This document shows, piece after piece, positions 1 to 9,769 of a DNA stretch of 20,000 nt (its first letter is position 1; every line of letters begins with the position of its first letter). Source of the stretch: an uncultured virus (IMG/VR IMGVR_UViG_3300036970_000191). Lineage: Duplodnaviria > Heunggongvirae > Uroviricota > Caudoviricetes. The notes under the pieces are model-generated. The model did not search any database and was not told the origin of the DNA. It was given only the letters and a program-made list of their open reading frames with translations. The translations under genes and the position numbers were made by a program. The stretch lies in IMG/VR virus record IMGVR_UViG_3300036970_000191; one strand, written 5' to 3'.

Positions 1-387
1 ATCGGACTAGGTCGCGCCATCAGCTATCGCACACCACTGCCTTCAATGCCAGTGGCATCCATCGAACAACACTTTCAAATCCAATGCGAACCTGCCATTC
101 GTGACTTCGTCAGCCGGATCAATGAGATGTATGTCATCGATCACGAGATGGTTCGGTCCACGGCGAAGATGCTTTACGTGTTCCGTTACAACCTCACCTA
201 CGACCCCTACACGGTCGCCAATGCGCTAGATCGACTGGCCGCGTTCCAAGAGGGTGTTGTCCCTGAGGCATATCGTGGTATGCTGAACACCGTCACTTCC
301 AGTCAGGAAATGGTTGACAAACTGGCCAACGTGATGGTCCTGTTCCAATCCCAGATTGAACAAACCGAAGACAGTAACAAGGAGTAA
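1..387 (+). CDS. Jumbo-phage protein, 5'-truncated by the window edge; probably virion/head associated
   Basis: Frame 1 is open from base 1 (IGLGRAISYRTPLPSMPV...) to TAG at 385-387. Its 3' end carries the AAGGAG ribosome-binding site of the next gene. Function is inferred from position only. Confidence 0.7.
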   Translation: MGLGRAISYRTPLPSMPVASIEQHFQIQCEPAIRDFVSRINEMYVIDHEMVRSTAKMLYVFRYNLTYDPYTVANALDRLAAFQEGVVPEAYRGMLNTVTSSQEMVDKLANVMVLFQSQIEQTEDSNKE

Positions 388-390
388 GAC

Positions 391-3300
391 GTGGATCTTT
401 CCAACCTGAGTGTGAAAGATCTCTCTAGCCGCATCAAGCGGCTAGAGGAGATCGAACGTGTTCTAAATGACAGCAATCGCACCAAACTAAGTCGTCGTTT
501 GGCGGTTGAACAATACCGTGGTGATCTGGCAGAATACAATGTCGTTTCTCTAGAAGAACCCAGCGCGCTAAAGAAAGTGGTTGGTATCGCACTGGCCTTG
601 CTGGGCATCACCCTGATGGCAAAGATCTGGGCCTCGGCTTCTGATGGGGGTTCAGGAAACGGGAAGAGTTCTTCTGGTGGGTCGGCGTCCACTGCCAAGG
701 CTGTTACGACATACAACGATGTGTCGTCTATTCTCAGCGAAGAAGAGCTAAAGCAGGACAAACAAAAAGCCGACAAGTACCTAAAGGATCAGGTTTTCAC
801 TGACCCGGCAACCCAAAGCCAGTTCATCACTGAGTTCTGGAACAGTTATAAAGGCGGTGGCAACTATTACGTTGGCGCACTGCTGCTTGGCAAAGTGGGT
901 AAAGGTCTTCCCTATCGAGAGGTTTATAAGAAACCAGAGGAGTTCAAGAAGCACATCGCGGCTTTTGAAAAGTCTGTTTCTGCCCTAGAGGCCATGGTGG
1001 ACTATGTTGTTACCATGCCTGGTATTATTAAGGGCCAGTTGGATACAAACGGAATGTCCGACAAAGTTAAAATCGATGTAGCCAATAAAACAAAGGCGGT
1101 CTTGGATACACTCAAGGCAGGTTTTTCTGTTATTGCCGACACACCTCACGAAGGTGAAGCTGACGATTCGGAAGTCGTCAAGAATATGCTTAACGTTGTG
1201 CGTGAGTCATTGGTGGCCGTCAGCGATAACTTTAAGCCCAAGAACGACGCCTCTTTGGACGACATCAAGAAAGCTGCCGATGGTCTAATGAAAATCTTTG
1301 GCACTGACGGCACGAGCGACGCTACAAAAACGTTTGACGCTTTCATCGCCAGTTACGAGAAACATGTCCTTGGCTCGACCAACACCCAAAAAAGCATCAA
1401 TGATGCCGTGGCAGAACTGACCAAGATGCAGAACGATGCGGAGATCGCGGCCAAGTTGAAACTGGGTCAGTCCGCAAGCGACCCCAGTGACCCTAACAAA
1501 ATCTATTCATTTTACAACAACACCATCAAGACTGTTGGGTTCATGGCAAAGACCTGCGCTCGCTTGGTCTCAATTTTCGCAAACCTCGACAAGATGTTTG
1601 TCGCAAGCGAGAAGTCGTTTGCCTCCGCCAGTCGCGTGGTAAAACACGTCAACGATCTGATCAAATCGGAGGCAGGGACCAAAGAGAACATCGGTAAGCT
1701 TTCGGTTGCCCGAGAATCTTTCGACCCTTATGAAATCGCATCGACGCAGCTTTATTCAATCGTACCTCGTCGGCAGATTTCAATCGAATCAAATGGTGCT
1801 GCTACGCCGCAGGGCCAGTTTGATGAGTTTGAGTTCTCCAACTGGATTGACAACGTTTCTCAAAAATGGATCGGTAACGACGTCTCGCTTAGCTGGTCCA
1901 CCGAGTCACTCAATCAGGTTGCCGAGTATTGCCGTGCTGTAGGCATCGAAACCCAGTCCAGCTTTGAAGACACGTTTTATTCTCGTGGCCTTGCCCTTGA
2001 AGACCTTTCCAAAGCCAAGAAGTTTGGCATCCTGCTGGCCATTCTGGCAAGCTTTGGAGGCTTGTTTGCGCTCTGGAAACACTTTAGGAACAAGGATAGC
2101 GGCAACTCTGAATCGGTAGGCTCGGTTGGAGAAACGGTTGCTGCAGTGGAAACCAACGTGGCCAAGATTGCCGAAGGTTCAAAAGACCTTGCCGACCAGA
2201 TTCGCCACATGAAGTTCACTGGTCCTGAAGCTGAGCGCAACCTAAAAACCGTCAAACACCTTAGACAAGGTATTCAAAAGCTTGTGGGTACCAAGGGCAG
2301 TGAAGAAGACGAAATCAAGATGATCGTCGAATTCTTCGATGCCGTGGGTAAAGGCAAGGTCAACGCGATCTACCTTAAAATGGCAGAGAACGAATACCTT
2401 GGCGCGCTAGGCTCACGGTTCGTTGCCGCAGGTCCCTTTGGTAAAGGCAATACGGACAAAGAGGTTTACAAGAAGTTCTTTACGATCTGTAATACGCTGG
2501 CGTCATACCTGCCAAAGCTGTCGCATCGCGCCATTGCAATCTCCGAAGCCTACGTCAAGAACCTCACGAAGCTCTCAACCACCACTCAGCTTGACAAAAC
2601 CACCCTTGACGAATGCAAGCAAAGCTGGCAAGCTGCACTGGACACCAATAAGTCTGAGCTAGACGGTTTTCTAAAAGCGCTTGAAGAAGCAGAGCAACTG
2701 TGTCAGCTTGATCCAAAGGCACAGGAACTCAAAGACCAACACGTCCGTATCCGTGAAGTGATTTCTGTCATTCGAGGTGAATTTGAACGACTCGATTCCT
2801 CGAAGATCACGGACCAGAACGTCATTGCTGATGGGGTTAAAACCCTCTCAGAATGTTCAAACGAAATGAAAAACTTCGTGGAGACTTGGAAGGAGATTGG
2901 TACCAAGTCCCACTCCTCAGGTGGCCTTGATCTTGAAACGCTGGAGAAGTGCAGTAAACAAATCAAAGGCGCTGAAGAATCAATCAAGAAAATCGGCGAA
3001 CTCTTTGCTGAAGCCAAAACCAATACCCCCGATCTGCTCAAGGATCAAAAAGATGCCGACCTCGTCAGCATCATGGGCAATGGAACCAATGGGGCTGTAA
3101 ACGGGCTGCTGGGCCTTAGCAACATCAGTCAAGGCGTTGTTCGTAACATCGGTAACTTCTGCGACAAAATGGACCATATCAAATCGGCGACTGAAGATTT
3201 GGTAAAAGCCATGAATGTTCGCAGTGGTGCATCCACTGAATCGATGGACAATCGTTTCTCCAGACTGCGTCTACCGCCAGGATTGTCGCTGGAAGTCTTT

Positions 3301-4539
3301 GAAGACGACAGCTACATGAACATGACCGATGACAACTACCTTGAAAGCTTCGAGCTACTCAGCAGTGACCTCGATCGTCTGGATCAGGATACACTCGAAG
3401 TTGAACACTGGGTGGAACGCATTCGGCTAAGACGCTCAATCAGTCAAGAAGATGCTCGCTACATCGAACAATTCTGTCCTGGACTACTGACCAACAAACG
3501 GCCATTGGCCACCTTCACAAAGTTCCCCTCTGGCACCAACCTGCAAATCTCCCTTGAAGAAGGCGGTGCTTTGGCAACGGGGATGAAAGTCGCCGTATTT
3601 GCCGCACTGGCAGCCTTGGTGGTTCGTGGGGCCATGTGGATGAAGAAGCGTTTTGAAAACTCTTCCAACTCTCTTGCCGCCATCAAGAATTACCAAGAAG
3701 AGATCGAGAAAGCCACCAAGCGCACAGACGCTCAATCCGTTTCGCTACGGCAACTGCTTGAAGGCGATCAAATCGCTGATCGGGAACTCGACCTCTCGGA
3801 TGGCTTTAAGTTCAGAACCAAGGGTGGTGAATCCGCGATTCATGACCTGCGCGATGAATGTATCCGTAAGGAAATGGCCAATCGAAACTGGGACAAAAAT
3901 GCCAGGATGGAAAGCGCCATTGATCCTAAGGGCGAGATCCACAAAATGTTCATGCCTGTACAAACCTTTGTACTTGAGAACATCGAAGTGCTCACCAAGT
4001 CTCTTGATCAAGTCAAATCGCAAGTGAAAGGGGGTTCCGGGACGGTTTCTCAGACCAGCGCTACCTCATGGAAGGGTATTGAAGCATTGCAACGCGAGGT
4101 CGGTGGCGGAAACATCATTGGCATCGTGGCTTGCGCAGATGCAATCAAAGCCATGGTTGACAATGCTGGCGGGGCCCAACCCAATACCAAGGTCGATTCG
4201 CTGACCTACGCTGATCTCGACAAGAAACGCGTAGAACTCATGAAGTCGTTTAAAGACATCGACAAATCGGTGATCAATAAACTTGACAAACTACTCGATA
4301 AAGCCAAAGGGTTGGAATCCTCTGCCGCTGCTGGTAAGGGCGATGATGCCCAACGCCAAGCAGCCAAGGATTCCGCCAAGGCCGCTCAAGAGGACATTAA
4401 ATCGCTGCAATCTTTGGTGGCCGCTCATTCGGGTGCAACCGAGATTTACAAGCAGTTTTACGAAGCTTTCCTGGCAGGACTCAACCGTTATGGTAAACTC
4501 ATGACCGAGATCCAAAAGAAAGCCACTTCGGCCAAATAA
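391..4539 (+). CDS. Large head/ejection protein (1382 aa), apparently three fused modules resembling phiKZ/SPN3US processed head proteins with a hydrophobic helix
   Basis: GTG start after AAGGAG. Three SLE/ALE sites (aa 53-55, 535-537, 1054-1056) are each followed by a ~20-aa hydrophobic segment and a Ser-rich stretch. The propeptide motif ISQEDARYIEQFCPGLL...TFTKFPSGTNLQISLEE resembles phiKZ-like head proteins. It lies next to the gp87-like gene. Confidence 0.8.
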   Translation: MDLSNLSVKDLSSRIKRLEEIERVLNDSNRTKLSRRLAVEQYRGDLAEYNVVSLEEPSALKKVVGIALALLGITLMAKIWASASDGGSGNGKSSSGGSASTAKAVTTYNDVSSILSEEELKQDKQKADKYLKDQVFTDPATQSQFITEFWNSYKGGGNYYVGALLLGKVGKGLPYREVYKKPEEFKKHIAAFEKSVSALEAMVDYVVTMPGIIKGQLDTNGMSDKVKIDVANKTKAVLDTLKAGFSVIADTPHEGEADDSEVVKNMLNVVRESLVAVSDNFKPKNDASLDDIKKAADGLMKIFGTDGTSDATKTFDAFIASYEKHVLGSTNTQKSINDAVAELTKMQNDAEIAAKLKLGQSASDPSDPNKIYSFYNNTIKTVGFMAKTCARLVSIFANLDKMFVASEKSFASASRVVKHVNDLIKSEAGTKENIGKLSVARESFDPYEIASTQLYSIVPRRQISIESNGAATPQGQFDEFEFSNWIDNVSQKWIGNDVSLSWSTESLNQVAEYCRAVGIETQSSFEDTFYSRGLALEDLSKAKKFGILLAILASFGGLFALWKHFRNKDSGNSESVGSVGETVAAVETNVAKIAEGSKDLADQIRHMKFTGPEAERNLKTVKHLRQGIQKLVGTKGSEEDEIKMIVEFFDAVGKGKVNAIYLKMAENEYLGALGSRFVAAGPFGKGNTDKEVYKKFFTICNTLASYLPKLSHRAIAISEAYVKNLTKLSTTTQLDKTTLDECKQSWQAALDTNKSELDGFLKALEEAEQLCQLDPKAQELKDQHVRIREVISVIRGEFERLDSSKITDQNVIADGVKTLSECSNEMKNFVETWKEIGTKSHSSGGLDLETLEKCSKQIKGAEESIKKIGELFAEAKTNTPDLLKDQKDADLVSIMGNGTNGAVNGLLGLSNISQGVVRNIGNFCDKMDHIKSATEDLVKAMNVRSGASTESMDNRFSRLRLPPGLSLEVFEDDSYMNMTDDNYLESFELLSSDLDRLDQDTLEVEHWVERIRLRRSISQEDARYIEQFCPGLLTNKRPLATFTKFPSGTNLQISLEEGGALATGMKVAVFAALAALVVRGAMWMKKRFENSSNSLAAIKNYQEEIEKATKRTDAQSVSLRQLLEGDQIADRELDLSDGFKFRTKGGESAIHDLRDECIRKEMANRNWDKNARMESAIDPKGEIHKMFMPVQTFVLENIEVLTKSLDQVKSQVKGGSGTVSQTSATSWKGIEALQREVGGGNIIGIVACADAIKAMVDNAGGAQPNTKVDSLTYADLDKKRVELMKSFKDIDKSVINKLDKLLDKAKGLESSAAAGKGDDAQRQAAKDSAKAAQEDIKSLQSLVAAHSGATEIYKQFYEAFLAGLNRYGKLMTEIQKKATSAK

Positions 4540-4549
4540 AGCAAAGCCT

Positions 4550-4581
4550 GGATAGACGGGGGCCTAGGCCCCCGTCTATCC
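4550..4581. terminator. Perfect 32-bp palindrome; probable bidirectional terminator between convergent genes
   Basis: GGATAGACGGGGGCCT|AGGCCCCCGTCTATCC lies between the stops at 4539 (+) and 4591 (-). Confidence 0.8.
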
Positions 4582-4590
4582 TTAATCTAT

Positions 4591-7518
4591 TCACACTCGG
4601 TGAGGAACAAAAACGTAATCGATGTCGTTGATGACACGCAACGATTGGGTGCCTGTCACCACAAGGCGTTTACCCACCACAGGACGAACCGATTTGTCAA
4701 TGACCGTGACCACGTAGTGTTTATCCTCAAACAAACCTGCGATACGGGCACTTAAAATGTCCGTGGAGAAAGCCTCTTTTAAAGCAATCTCAACATCGGT
4801 CTTTGAGATCACGGTCTGCTTTAGCACCGCATCAATAACCCGTCCAGCCCGATCACACAGACTTTGTTTTAGCGAAGGGTTGTCATAGACGCTCTGACTG
4901 ACATCAAAGGTCAGTGTCAGTCTTTGTTCTGATCGAATGGTTTCTGGATCGCCAACACCCGTGATCACTTTCACTTGTCCAAAGTTCTTCTTTGGGTGAA
5001 AGTAAAGTTTGGTTTGATCAATGAGTCGACCAGAAAGATCTTCAAGGTCGTTGTCAATCCATTGGACCACCCTTGTCAAACAATCTTCGTAGTAAGAAGA
5101 CGTACCCACGTCATCGGCATACCGGTAACAGGCGTCCAAAAGGAACATGTCGATCTCACGCAACTGACCGATCACGCCACCATCTGGAATCGGCTGCTGG
5201 TTATTGTCAAGAACGAAGTCTCCAGCACGATGTTTGTACACCGGATCACCAGCGCTATCAAAAACCGGATCACCCTGACTGTGCAGTTTACGCAGGCTCA
5301 CTGCACCACTGACTTCGTCGTAATCGATGATCGGCAAACCGGTGGCATCCGTTTCATAGACGTCGCTTTCATAAAGCATGGGAATGTCCACGGGATAGCG
5401 CAGGTATTCTTGAACCCCGCCGATGGTTCTCATTCGGGTCCAAAGCCGACTCAAACGTCGACCAAAACGAACGTATAGCTTTTCATGAGACAGGCCGTAG
5501 TAAAGAGAACCCTGTTCGTAGTTGCTCAGGCTTGACGTCTCAACCAGTGCGTCAATCGCGCTGTTGATGGTTGTGTTGGGCACATAGTCCTTGATGACGT
5601 AGATCAGGTCAAACTCTGTGTTTAGTGACAGGCTAGAGCTTTCTGTCCCAAAACTCATGCGATCGTCTTCATCCACATCAAAGCGGGTTGGAATGTCAAA
5701 GACAAACAACCATTGACCATCCAATGGCTTTTGCGTGGAAGGGTCGAATGGTCCTTTTAGTTCCCCTTGAATGTAATGTCTGCCATGACTGTCGGTGTAA
5801 GACAACTGCGCTGCAACATCGCCTGCTCGAAGTGCTGTAGGCAAACCGTCGGTTGCCATGACCACGCCTACCCGATAACCAGTGCCATCGGGTTTTACAC
5901 CAACAATGCTGCCGGTTGTTGACGTGTTGATCCCAAGCGAAAGGTTCTCGTCTACAAAATCAACCCCCTCAACCTCAGGGTGCGTCATGTCAAATGCGCT
6001 TAAACGCATGCGATCATAAGACGTGTCCACCACGTAATGAAACGGCGTGAAGAGGTAGTTTGCCGTGTTGATTCGATTGGCCAGATCACTTGGGGTATAG
6101 ACCGAACGATCGTCAAGCAGGTCCACATCCATCTGATCGATTCGCTTAAGACCGCTGCTGGTTTCTTCAAACAAGACGTTTGGTTTAATGACCACTCGTT
6201 CACCAACGCGAACGATCCCTTTGCCATCGATCTCTTCTTCAAGTCGAGTCAGCCACGGCAATACGGTCATGTCCATACCGTTGACCAGATCGCCGTTGGT
6301 TGGAGCAGGTTGATCGCGCGTGGCCACAAAGACACGGTTGGTGACGTTGTCAATATACTTCACCACATCAAAGCCCAATACCGCTGCACTTTCCTTAAGC
6401 TGCAATTCGGTGATCGGCATGCCCATGGCATTGCCCGTACGATTAATGACCCGATCACGCATCTGGACAAAGGTCAAGCCCTTGGTCCCCCCTTGAATCT
6501 TGTACGGGGAAACAATCTTGAATGAACGCATGGTCTGTAGGGGTGTGGAGTACAGGTCAAGCGGTTCCACGCTCTCCATCAGTTTAACCCTAAAGTCCTC
6601 TGCCGTCAGGTTGCTGAGGTTAAGGTTAATGGGTCCTTTGGTGCTGTAGATGTCTACCCTGACATCTTCTTTGATCAGTCCATTGGCAAAGTAAATCTGG
6701 GGAATGTTTACCACGAGGATACCGTTTTGTACCCTCAGACATGCCGTGGCATTGTAGGGATCGTAGACATCATCCACGTGGGTGGTCTTGATCTCTATCC
6801 AGTCAATGGCGTCGCTGGCCCGAGTGTAAACACGAGCATAGTAGAAATAATCCGTAAAGGAAAACTCCTTTCGATAACCCGCCAGACTGTTTAGGTTGAC
6901 GTAGTTGGTCGACAGCCGCAATTGTTTCATGTCAATCGTAACGGCCAGTTTCTTTTTGCCAGCAACGTAATGAATGTTCCAGCTTAGCCGATTGGATTTT
7001 AGGACATCAAACGGAGAATCCACGGAAACATCATAAACCACTGAAATGTTGTCCTGGGGCAGCACCCGAATCTCAATGGGATATTGCGTACAAAACCAGT
7101 GGTCTTCCACCACAACTGAGGTGAACCTTGGAATAACCAGCTTTCTTACGCCATTGGCATTGGGCACCAAGACGGCCCTTGAAGTGACTTCGTCCAAATC
7201 CAGCAGCAACACAAAGGTGCCGGTGGCAGGCGAACTAAAGCGATCCAGAAAGTCCTTGTCTGCCATGTGTCGATACAGGTCAACCATCTTAAGCGTTGCA
7301 GACTTGTACAAAGGGCGAGTGGCGTTTTCAACCGCCAGGATCGTACCTGCGCTGATTGAGCTTGCCATTTCCGTCACCAAGGCAACCGGATTTGAAGCTT
7401 CAACCAATCCAAGTTCACCACCTGAACGTTCGTTAAGATACTGCAATGCCAGGCGGGTCAGTGCCCGTGGATTTATACGCGACGAAACAATCCGTTCCGC
7501 CAGATCAAATGTGGCCAT
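4591..7518 (-). CDS. Baseplate wedge-like structural protein (phiKZ gp87 / SPN3US gp48-like), ~975 aa
   Basis: Long ORF; ATG at 7518 is preferred over TTG at 7524 (AAGGGG upstream). N-terminal ASNPVALVTE and YRHMADKDFLDRFSSPA motifs; GG..LTF..MRDRVIN...PITELQL resembles the T4 gp6/baseplate-J core. Size and synteny match gp87. Confidence 0.8.
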   Translation of the reverse strand: MATFDLAERIVSSRINPRALTRLALQYLNERSGGELGLVEASNPVALVTEMASSISAGTILAVENATRPLYKSATLKMVDLYRHMADKDFLDRFSSPATGTFVLLLDLDEVTSRAVLVPNANGVRKLVIPRFTSVVVEDHWFCTQYPIEIRVLPQDNISVVYDVSVDSPFDVLKSNRLSWNIHYVAGKKKLAVTIDMKQLRLSTNYVNLNSLAGYRKEFSFTDYFYYARVYTRASDAIDWIEIKTTHVDDVYDPYNATACLRVQNGILVVNIPQIYFANGLIKEDVRVDIYSTKGPINLNLSNLTAEDFRVKLMESVEPLDLYSTPLQTMRSFKIVSPYKIQGGTKGLTFVQMRDRVINRTGNAMGMPITELQLKESAAVLGFDVVKYIDNVTNRVFVATRDQPAPTNGDLVNGMDMTVLPWLTRLEEEIDGKGIVRVGERVVIKPNVLFEETSSGLKRIDQMDVDLLDDRSVYTPSDLANRINTANYLFTPFHYVVDTSYDRMRLSAFDMTHPEVEGVDFVDENLSLGINTSTTGSIVGVKPDGTGYRVGVVMATDGLPTALRAGDVAAQLSYTDSHGRHYIQGELKGPFDPSTQKPLDGQWLFVFDIPTRFDVDEDDRMSFGTESSSLSLNTEFDLIYVIKDYVPNTTINSAIDALVETSSLSNYEQGSLYYGLSHEKLYVRFGRRLSRLWTRMRTIGGVQEYLRYPVDIPMLYESDVYETDATGLPIIDYDEVSGAVSLRKLHSQGDPVFDSAGDPVYKHRAGDFVLDNNQQPIPDGGVIGQLREIDMFLLDACYRYADDVGTSSYYEDCLTRVVQWIDNDLEDLSGRLIDQTKLYFHPKKNFGQVKVITGVGDPETIRSEQRLTLTFDVSQSVYDNPSLKQSLCDRAGRVIDAVLKQTVISKTDVEIALKEAFSTDILSARIAGLFEDKHYVVTVIDKSVRPVVGKRLVVTGTQSLRVINDIDYVFVPHRV

Positions 7519-7524
7519 GTGCAA

Positions 7525-8625
7525 TCACACCCCTTTTACCAAAGCGTTGTAGACCGTCTTCTCCACCCACCATTGCATTTCCATGGTGGAAGGTTCGATC
7601 CTTGGATAACAACAGAAATTAAAATGCCGATAATAAGCCATCGGAATCTTTTGCATGCGACTTTCCCGATTTTCATCGGTCATGTCGGCATTGAACATCT
7701 GCACCACGCGATTAAACTCAATCACCGTGATGGGGTCATTGTACTCAGCCCCAATGCACGAGAATTGAACCGACACCTGATCAACATCAGGGTTAACCGG
7801 CTTTGTTGAATCGTAATTAAAATGCGCCCCTTCATTGCTAAACACTGGTTGAGCTGCGCCACAGGCAGCAATCTTTTGTACCCGTGTTTTGGTCGCATCC
7901 AGAACAATTCGGTAGATTCGACATTGATAATCGATGTACCGGTAAATCAAAGCCTCAACCCTTGGCATAAACTGCCCCAGGTAAACCAAAGAACCATACC
8001 TTGTCCAGGTTGAGAACAGGTGGGTGATGGGGTCATTGAGCGCGTTTTGAAAGTTTGCCGTTAAGCTAAACTCCCCATTGATCTTGTAGGTGCCATCGTA
8101 CATCATCCATTGCTCGCGCATGTTGCCCTGCTTGGATTTGTACACTTCAACCGAAGAGTCAGGCCAACCAGAACAATTGATGCACAGGTTGCTAAGCAAG
8201 GTGATAAATGCGTTTTTAGGGTCAACCAATGGACAATCTCCACCCGAAGCATTTTGTCTTTGCCCCACTGGATCAAGATACGCCCGAATCGCTCTCCACA
8301 TGCTGGTTCTTTCAGATGTGGTCATTTGTGCAAACCTACGATCAGCCACCAGATTATCGTATGACAGATTAAGGCTTGGTCGCGTGAAAAAGATTAGGCC
8401 ATAATGATCCGTGTTGGGATGCACTGGAAATGGCGTGCCTAGGTGGTTAAGGCCCCACATCGATGCGGTGTACCTGGACGCATGACTACCGCCCCACCCT
8501 GACTCCAGTGCAATCAATGCCAATTCCCGGTCAAGGTCACCGTCTTTTAATTTTGCTTTGTCTGAAGGGGCAGCGCCCGTTTCAAATGAGGTTGAATCGA
8601 AGATAGGATCGGACTGATCTACCAT
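7525..8625 (-). CDS. Virion tail/baseplate protein (phiKZ gp88-like), possibly tail-tube/tube-initiator fold
   Basis: 366-aa ORF with GGGAG RBS. Motifs GLIFFTRPSLNLSYDN, SGWPD, DPITHLFSTW, YQCRIYRIVLD. It lies directly upstream of the gp87-like gene. The fold assignment is inference. Confidence 0.75.
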   Translation of the reverse strand: MVDQSDPIFDSTSFETGAAPSDKAKLKDGDLDRELALIALESGWGGSHASRYTASMWGLNHLGTPFPVHPNTDHYGLIFFTRPSLNLSYDNLVADRRFAQMTTSERTSMWRAIRAYLDPVGQRQNASGGDCPLVDPKNAFITLLSNLCINCSGWPDSSVEVYKSKQGNMREQWMMYDGTYKINGEFSLTANFQNALNDPITHLFSTWTRYGSLVYLGQFMPRVEALIYRYIDYQCRIYRIVLDATKTRVQKIAACGAAQPVFSNEGAHFNYDSTKPVNPDVDQVSVQFSCIGAEYNDPITVIEFNRVVQMFNADMTDENRESRMQKIPMAYYRHFNFCCYPRIEPSTMEMQWWVEKTVYNALVKGV

Positions 8626-8650
8626 TTCATTTACTCCCTGGGAAGTTCAA

Positions 8651-9754
8651 ATGCTTGAAAAAATCATCATGACGCCCCTGATGGCAGTCGGTCGACTCAC
8701 TGACCTGCTCCGTTCGGCACGCTCAAGTTCGCTGGTGGACTACACCAAAGCCACCCGGTCTGAACCCATCACACTGATCGATGACACCTTGATTTCACTC
8801 GATCAACTCCCCGACATTCTGCAATCGGTTAACTCGATCTACGCTGGTTATTACCTGCAGGCCATTGCCCTGAGCGTGAACGTGGGTAAAGTTGACGTGG
8901 TTCGTTTGCTGGAGAAAGTCAACCCAGCCCGCGATCCGCTGGAAGCTGGTGGTTGGCTGATCGAAGCAGGATTGTCTGCCGAGTCATATCATTATCGCCT
9001 GCCCGGCAAGGATGCCCGTAAAGGTGCCGTGTCTTTGGAAGGCCATCTGGGCGCTGCTGACGACTGTTTACCAGATACAGCGGCAATCAACCAAAAGTCA
9101 CTGGATGTACTCTCAACCTCAACCAACCTCTCGGTTGGCAAGATGTTCAACGTAGAGATCAACAGTGAAGGCAACAGTGCCAGCATCCCCGTCTCGGTTC
9201 GACTGATGTCTGTTCCCATTGACCCATCGACCCTCAACAACATTTTGTCCTATGCCCAAAAAGACAATTCCATGAAGGAACGTTTTTATGGCATGAAGTC
9301 AGGTCGCCTAAGCTTCATCAAAGATGGCATTTTGTGTCGTGACCTGATTCGCGAACATCGCAAGACCCTGATCAACGACCGTTCTGGTGTTTACGCGGAA
9401 ATCGTTAAACGCGCAAACAAGAACAAGATCAGCGGCATGCTGTCGATGAACCCATCAGTTGCCACGGCAAGCAACATCGTCCTGATGTCCTCTGACACCG
9501 CAAGACAACTGGAAGTTGAGATCGGTGGTCGTCTAAAAGACGCTTCGCTGCGTCAGCGGATGTTTGACAAAACCTACCTGATGATTCTGGTGGTGATCGA
9601 CCCTGACTACAAAATGGTTCGTTTCTATTACGATGGTATCTCGACCCACACCGAGCTTTCGTTTAACGACGTGAAGAACCTGAACAAGAACGGTGCAATG
9701 GACGTGGGTGAAGTCCTGCGTACGCTGCAACTGGGTCAATCGCCACGCTTTTAA
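8651..9754 (+). CDS. Internal head / inner-body protein (phiKZ gp89-like)
   Basis: 367 aa. Motifs SLVDYTKATRSEP, IYAGYYLQAIAL, LSVGKMFNVEI, FIKDGILCRDLI. Candidate prohead-protease sites SAE (aa 109-111) and SLE (aa 128-130). Divergent from the gp88-like gene. Confidence 0.8.
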   Translation: MLEKIIMTPLMAVGRLTDLLRSARSSSLVDYTKATRSEPITLIDDTLISLDQLPDILQSVNSIYAGYYLQAIALSVNVGKVDVVRLLEKVNPARDPLEAGGWLIEAGLSAESYHYRLPGKDARKGAVSLEGHLGAADDCLPDTAAINQKSLDVLSTSTNLSVGKMFNVEINSEGNSASIPVSVRLMSVPIDPSTLNNILSYAQKDNSMKERFYGMKSGRLSFIKDGILCRDLIREHRKTLINDRSGVYAEIVKRANKNKISGMLSMNPSVATASNIVLMSSDTARQLEVEIGGRLKDASLRQRMFDKTYLMILVVIDPDYKMVRFYYDGISTHTELSFNDVKNLNKNGAMDVGEVLRTLQLGQSPRF

Positions 9755-9769
9755 GAGGATTTAAATCAG

